This document shows, piece by piece, positions 16,091 to 20,000 of a DNA stretch of 20,000 nucleotides (position 1 is its first letter; every line of letters starts with the position of its first letter). The notes beneath the pieces were generated by a model, which saw only the letters and a program-made list of their open reading frames with translations, was not told the DNA's origin and ran no database searches. The translations under genes were made by a program, and so were the position numbers. This DNA comes from an uncultured virus (IMG/VR IMGVR_UViG_3300035034_001691) (taxonomy: Duplodnaviria > Heunggongvirae > Uroviricota > Caudoviricetes), in the IMG/VR virus record IMGVR_UViG_3300035034_001691. One strand, given 5' to 3'.

Positions 16091-16716
16091 AGCATGTAGG
16101 AAGACTAAAAAATAACCGACGTAAGCTAGTAGTGGCTTATCGAGTTATTCCGGGTGATGCTGATAGCTGTCTTGTAGTACAAACTGATAGCTTAAATTCA
16201 GATTATCATGATGCGATGATGCGTGTGTTAGAGTCTAACACAGGACAAACGGTATACGAGTTTGCAGAAGCAATGAATCGTTCTACTATTCCTGATGGAC
16301 GCAATATGCTTCGTGCCTTTCACAAGGAAGGTAAGCTAACAAAGTTGCCAACTAATATAGTTGAAATGATTCCAAACAATCAAACTTCGATTATGTTGAA
16401 TGAGCTTAACAAACTCATAGCCGAACAAAAAGGTGTAACTGTTGCCGATCTAGCATTAGGTGCGGATCAAGTAAAAAAGAAGGCAGAAGACTCCTCTCCT
16501 AAAATGGATGCTAGTCAGTCTGCTGCAGAATATGCAATCAAGCCAGATGGAACAGTTGACGAAGCTATAACAATTGAAGAGAAGCCTTTGTCGGATGAAG
16601 ACCTTGCTAAGTCTTATCGTTCTCAAGCGGATGCTATGTTTAAAGAGGCACAACGTTTAAGAAAGATGGCTAAAGAGCTATCTGACACAGCCGACACCGT
16701 TGAAGAAACGGGCTAA
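16087..16716 (+). CDS. Hypothetical phage protein
   Basis: 209 aa, ATGA overlap, GGAGG RBS; C-terminal coiled coil AKSYRSQADAMFKEAQRLRK. Confidence 0.75.
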   Translation: MKHVGRLKNNRRKLVVAYRVIPGDADSCLVVQTDSLNSDYHDAMMRVLESNTGQTVYEFAEAMNRSTIPDGRNMLRAFHKEGKLTKLPTNIVEMIPNNQTSIMLNELNKLIAEQKGVTVADLALGADQVKKKAEDSSPKMDASQSAAEYAIKPDGTVDEAITIEEKPLSDEDLAKSYRSQADAMFKEAQRLRKMAKELSDTADTVEETG

Positions 16717-17036
16717 TGTCTCGCAAACTGCCTGACGAAGCTATAGAACAATGGCCTGAAGTACTTGCGGATGTAGAAATAAGTGTTATACCCGTTGAGT
16801 ATCTTCATGCCATTTACGTTACATTTGATGATGGTCGAGTTTGGGAAATTGAATTTGATAATCGAAAACTTAACAAAAACACAGAAGATGTAGCTAGAGC
16901 AATCGAAGACGACCTCGAAGAACTTTTTGCAGAATTTGAAGATGTCATCGTACATGTTGATTTTCGTTTAGATACCGAACGCGTTAAAAATGATATAAAA
17001 CGACGAACTAGGATCTTCATGAAGAAACAGAAATGA
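16716..17036 (+). CDS. Hypothetical phage protein
   Basis: 106 aa, TAATG coupling to the upstream gene. Confidence 0.7.
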   Translation: MSRKLPDEAIEQWPEVLADVEISVIPVEYLHAIYVTFDDGRVWEIEFDNRKLNKNTEDVARAIEDDLEELFAEFEDVIVHVDFRLDTERVKNDIKRRTRIFMKKQK

Positions 17037-17044
17037 CATAAATA
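17037..17044 (+). promoter_or_regulatory. T4-late-like promoter motif CATAAATA
   Basis: One mismatch to TATAAATA, intergenic, directly upstream of a structural-type gene with a GAGGAG RBS. Confidence 0.5.
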
Positions 17045-17076
17045 CAAGTAACAAAAAGGTTAACGAGGAGTTCTAA

Positions 17077-18300
17077 ATGGCGCTACGCTTAAGAAGAGGC
17101 ACCGATGCAGAAAGGCAAATTATTACGCTGGCTGCGGGTGAGCCTTATTATACATCAGATACAAAAAATCTCTATGTTGGTGATGGCACCACTGCAGGAG
17201 GAATTCCAGTTGATGCTAACTCACTTCAAAGTATTAATTCATTACAAGATGTAGACACCCAGAGTATATCACCTGTTACAGGATGGGTATTAAAATGGGA
17301 TGGTTCTAATTGGATACCTGCCGAAGAAACCGCAACAAGCTCGGGTGTTGTTGAAGGATCAAACTATAGAATTAATATAGTTGGAGACGATAGCAGCGTT
17401 ATAGTTGATACTACTACTAATACTATAATTGGCGATTTATTTGGTGATATTACTGGAAATTTATTTGGTAATGTTATATCAGCAGACGGAAGTACTATCT
17501 TAGTTAATGCAGGTGTTGGAACTTTTACAGGTGACCTAACAGGCAATGTGTTTGGGGAGTTGAATGGTAACGTTAACTCTCCAAATATTGGAGCAATGGT
17601 TGATGTTACATCCGGAGACATGGTAACCGGAAACATAACTGTCTCTAGAATACTAACTGGTGATAGTACTGTATTTTACGATGCTAATCAAAGAACTGTT
17701 TACACAGAAAAAATAAAATCAACAAACGAAATTACGATATTAACTGACCAAGCTCGTTCTGAATTAAGAATCTTATCAGACGACAATCGAAGTATTCTTA
17801 AATTATCAAGACAGTCAACCGGTGACATTTCAGGAATTGGTGCATATTATGGTGCTATCTACTTTGAAAGAGAAGATGACGTTAATAATGTAACTACTTC
17901 ATTAATACTTGGTGGTAACGAACGTATGTTATTTTCTGTTACTAACGACGGAATCGTAGTAGCCGAAGAAACTTTCAATATCACCAATACAGGTATCGGA
18001 TGGGGTACTGTAAATCCGCAAGCAGGACTTGAAATTGTAGGGGATGCTATAATCTCCGGAACAATTGATGCTGCTTCTTTCCGTGGATCGCTTGTTTCGG
18101 ATGATTCAACTATAATGATTGATGCAATTAATAATACGATAACATCAGGAGGATACATACAGTTTGGTTCTTATACTACAACTACAAGAGATGAAATAGC
18201 TGCTGCAAACGGCATGATAGTTTATAACACCACAACTAATAGATTTAATGGTTATCAAAACAGTGCATGGATTAACTTAGACGATGGTACTGCTGCATAA
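17077..18300 (+). CDS. Virion structural / tail-fibre-like protein (Mtd N-terminal-like domain, Gxxx repeats)
   Basis: N-terminal LRLRRGT...GEPYYTSDTKNLYVGDG typical of fibre N-termini. GDLFGDITGNLFGNV and GDLTGNVFGELNGNV repeats; Thr/Gly/Asn-rich; C-terminal GMIVYNTTTNRF. Confidence 0.7.
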   Translation: MALRLRRGTDAERQIITLAAGEPYYTSDTKNLYVGDGTTAGGIPVDANSLQSINSLQDVDTQSISPVTGWVLKWDGSNWIPAEETATSSGVVEGSNYRINIVGDDSSVIVDTTTNTIIGDLFGDITGNLFGNVISADGSTILVNAGVGTFTGDLTGNVFGELNGNVNSPNIGAMVDVTSGDMVTGNITVSRILTGDSTVFYDANQRTVYTEKIKSTNEITILTDQARSELRILSDDNRSILKLSRQSTGDISGIGAYYGAIYFEREDDVNNVTTSLILGGNERMLFSVTNDGIVVAEETFNITNTGIGWGTVNPQAGLEIVGDAIISGTIDAASFRGSLVSDDSTIMIDAINNTITSGGYIQFGSYTTTTRDEIAAANGMIVYNTTTNRFNGYQNSAWINLDDGTAA

Positions 18301-19155
18301 TCAGTCATAAGATGGATGCCAAGTGTATCCATCTACAAGTCCTAAATCCTCTTGTAACCAATCTTCAAAAGTTCCGTCTACTCGCAAAGTGTAACGGAAC
18401 TTTTTTTCTGCTTCTACACCATGGTAATCTCTATTATTAAAAAAATAACTTCTTTGGTCAAGGTCTAGGTAATGCCGTTCGTTGGCGGTATCATTCCACA
18501 CAAATGATTTACGTGATTCAACAAAGAATAGATTTATGTTATGATCCCGGTGTGCTATCATAGGACCATCTCTGTGTGTCACTACTTCAGCATGTGGAAA
18601 TGTTGTAAAGAAAAGTATCCTTCCAATTTGTTTAAAAGGTAAACTGTTTATATACTCAATTAACTTAGGAAAATATTTTGCATCTTCGGTATAATCTTTA
18701 CTTTCATTTGTCTTATTACCAAAGCTATTATTTAAAAGATACACAGCAAAGAACCACGGAATTGGAGCACCCATTGCAAAATACACATAACGATAAACCG
18801 CTTTAACGTTGTTCTTACTAGTACGCCTTAATATTTCCTCAATGTTCTTTGTATGGAAACCAGTTGGATCATACTTTTCTATTTCTCTTAACAACTCAGT
18901 CCATGTGTTCAACCCATCATATTTTTCTTGTTCAAAAGGAGGAATCGATCCAGAAAATCCTCCCATTTTCATTGTGTTACATAACGCTAATCCAATGCTA
19001 CATTCAGCATGTAATTCTTCGTTCATAGAAGTGTCTATGTATTTGTCCATTCCTAAAATAGGAATGTGATTTGTTCCAACACCTTTTAATCCAACTTGTT
19101 CAAATTCCCAAGACTTATAATCTAATCCTGCAAAATTTTCATTATATACTTTCAT
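18301..19155 (-). CDS. 2OG-Fe(II) oxygenase / cupin-like protein (AspH-like C-terminal domain)
   Basis: GRILFF...VVTHRD (HxD)...FNNRDYHGV...RYTLRVDG: facial triad and 2OG-binding Arg pattern. Probable ATG at 19155. Confidence 0.65.
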   Translation of the reverse strand: MKVYNENFAGLDYKSWEFEQVGLKGVGTNHIPILGMDKYIDTSMNEELHAECSIGLALCNTMKMGGFSGSIPPFEQEKYDGLNTWTELLREIEKYDPTGFHTKNIEEILRRTSKNNVKAVYRYVYFAMGAPIPWFFAVYLLNNSFGNKTNESKDYTEDAKYFPKLIEYINSLPFKQIGRILFFTTFPHAEVVTHRDGPMIAHRDHNINLFFVESRKSFVWNDTANERHYLDLDQRSYFFNNRDYHGVEAEKKFRYTLRVDGTFEDWLQEDLGLVDGYTWHPSYD

Positions 19156-19789
19156 TAATAAATCTCTCTTCAAATTCTTCGTCGCTTATATGATCAAATC
19201 CAACAAAGGAAATATCATTATTTGTTAGTTGTCTATATGTTATTTTCTGCCAGCAATCTTTAGTATCGTTTACTCCAACTACATTATAGTATCCATCAAG
19301 TAAACTCCATTCTGGTCTTAATTTTGGTAATTCTATTCCTGCGGTATAAACAAACACATTCTTTTTACGTCCGGTATTTTCTTTTGATGCAAACGCAATC
19401 AGACCACCGTTTTCTTTACAGCATTCAATCATAGGATCATGCCCATGTGTAAATAACCATCCTAACCTAAAAGGATATCCTGTGTGATGCCTTGCAGATT
19501 TTGAACGATAACGAGGATCAACCCAAGTCCTATTTCCTATCCTAAAAAATCCTTCGGGCCACCAGTCTCTTTTATAGACACCATAGAAAGCAACAATATC
19601 CAAAGAATTATTTATTGTGATAAAGAAGCCAGAATGGTCATCAACTTTAAGCCTGTCTTTAGCATAATTCCTTATTAATGCATCATCTGCTTGTAAAATT
19701 TCATTGCGGTAATTTTCAAAGATCTCTCTCCAATTATCATCTTTTTTTATATCAATAGTTTTATAATCTGTCTGAAGAAAGGAATTCAT
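19142..19789 (-). CDS. Hypothetical protein, possible GNAT-fold acyltransferase
   Basis: IVAFYGV...FRIGNRTWVDPRYRSK resembles the GNAT beta4 strand and motif A (VxPxYRxxG), though the Gly is missing. Confidence 0.5.
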   Translation of the reverse strand: MNSFLQTDYKTIDIKKDDNWREIFENYRNEILQADDALIRNYAKDRLKVDDHSGFFITINNSLDIVAFYGVYKRDWWPEGFFRIGNRTWVDPRYRSKSARHHTGYPFRLGWLFTHGHDPMIECCKENGGLIAFASKENTGRKKNVFVYTAGIELPKLRPEWSLLDGYYNVVGVNDTKDCWQKITYRQLTNNDISFVGFDHISDEEFEERFINESI

Positions 19790-20000
19790 CTATATCTATC
19801 TCATGATTAGTTGGGTTTTCGTCTTTGTCATAATACAAAGAAAGGTTTATACTTAAAACAAAACGACTCTCTTTTCCTTTGTTTACAACTGAATGATATT
19901 TGCCGGTGTCAAACCAATAAAAATTTCCATCTTCTGGTATCTGAAATCTTTCACCATTCACCTCCCAAAAAGTTTCTTCATTTGAGAATATCGGTGCATG
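19761..20000 (-). CDS. Aspartyl/asparaginyl beta-hydroxylase-like 2OG-Fe(II) oxygenase, C-terminal part (gene starts beyond the window)
   Basis: Frame is open to base 20000: HAPIFSNEETFWEVNGERFQIPEDGNFYWFDTGKYHSVVNKGKESRFVL, matching the AspH-like H.P..N ... G..Y.FD....H.V.N.G...R pattern. Confidence 0.75.
   Translation of the reverse strand, partial: HAPIFSNEETFWEVNGERFQIPEDGNFYWFDTGKYHSVVNKGKESRFVLSINLSLYYDKDENPTNHEIDIDEFLSSDRL

Noticed and set aside
17420..17580. Gxxx repeat region as a CRISPR array or DGR variable/template repeat (prompted by the Mtd-like N-terminus)
   Set aside because: The repeats exist only at the protein level. There are no identical DNA repeats with spacers, no adenine-specific repeat pair and no reverse transcriptase in the window.
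963..19069. Numerous short antisense or alternative-frame ORFs in the track (e.g. 7230-7610 -, 9579-10034 +, 11953-12369 -, 14098-14403 -, 18809-19069 +)
   Set aside because: They lie largely within well-supported genes, lack recognisable motifs and read like shadow frames.
1..20000. Possible stop-codon reassignment: none of the accepted genes ends in TAG
   Set aside because: Genes are full length and tightly packed in the standard code with no in-frame TAG interruptions. TAG is normally rare in AT-rich phages.

Overview
AT-rich, gene-dense segment of a large, probably T4-like or jumbo tailed dsDNA phage, read in the standard genetic code. The + strand begins with a replication core: family B DNA polymerase (5'-truncated) and a probable sliding clamp. 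This runs directly into a ~7 kb 7-deazaguanine modification cluster: TGT/DpdA-like transglycosylase, DUF465 protein, a possible degenerate QueE paralogue, a QueD-like T-fold protein with an LxxxHRHxF (DpdL-type) motif, a GT-B glycosyltransferase resembling the queuosine mannosyltransferase GTDC1/QTMAN family, a purine phosphoribosyltransferase, FolE and QueE. No QueC, QueF or canonical QueD is present in the window. Downstream are a T4 RNase H/FEN-type 5' nuclease, several hypothetical genes, a MoxR-type AAA+ ATPase with a vWA/metallopeptidase partner, and a tail-fibre-like gene. A convergent - strand cluster of two 2OG-Fe(II) oxygenase-like genes and a GNAT-like gene ends the window. Several consensus sigma70 promoters, T4-late-like (N)ATAAATA motifs and leader hairpins are visible. 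The most interesting inference is a possibly undescribed glycosylated 7-deazaguanine DNA modification that may be coupled to replication through a clamp-binding peptide shared by the polymerase and the transglycosylase. All family assignments rest on motif recognition by eye; no database search was run.
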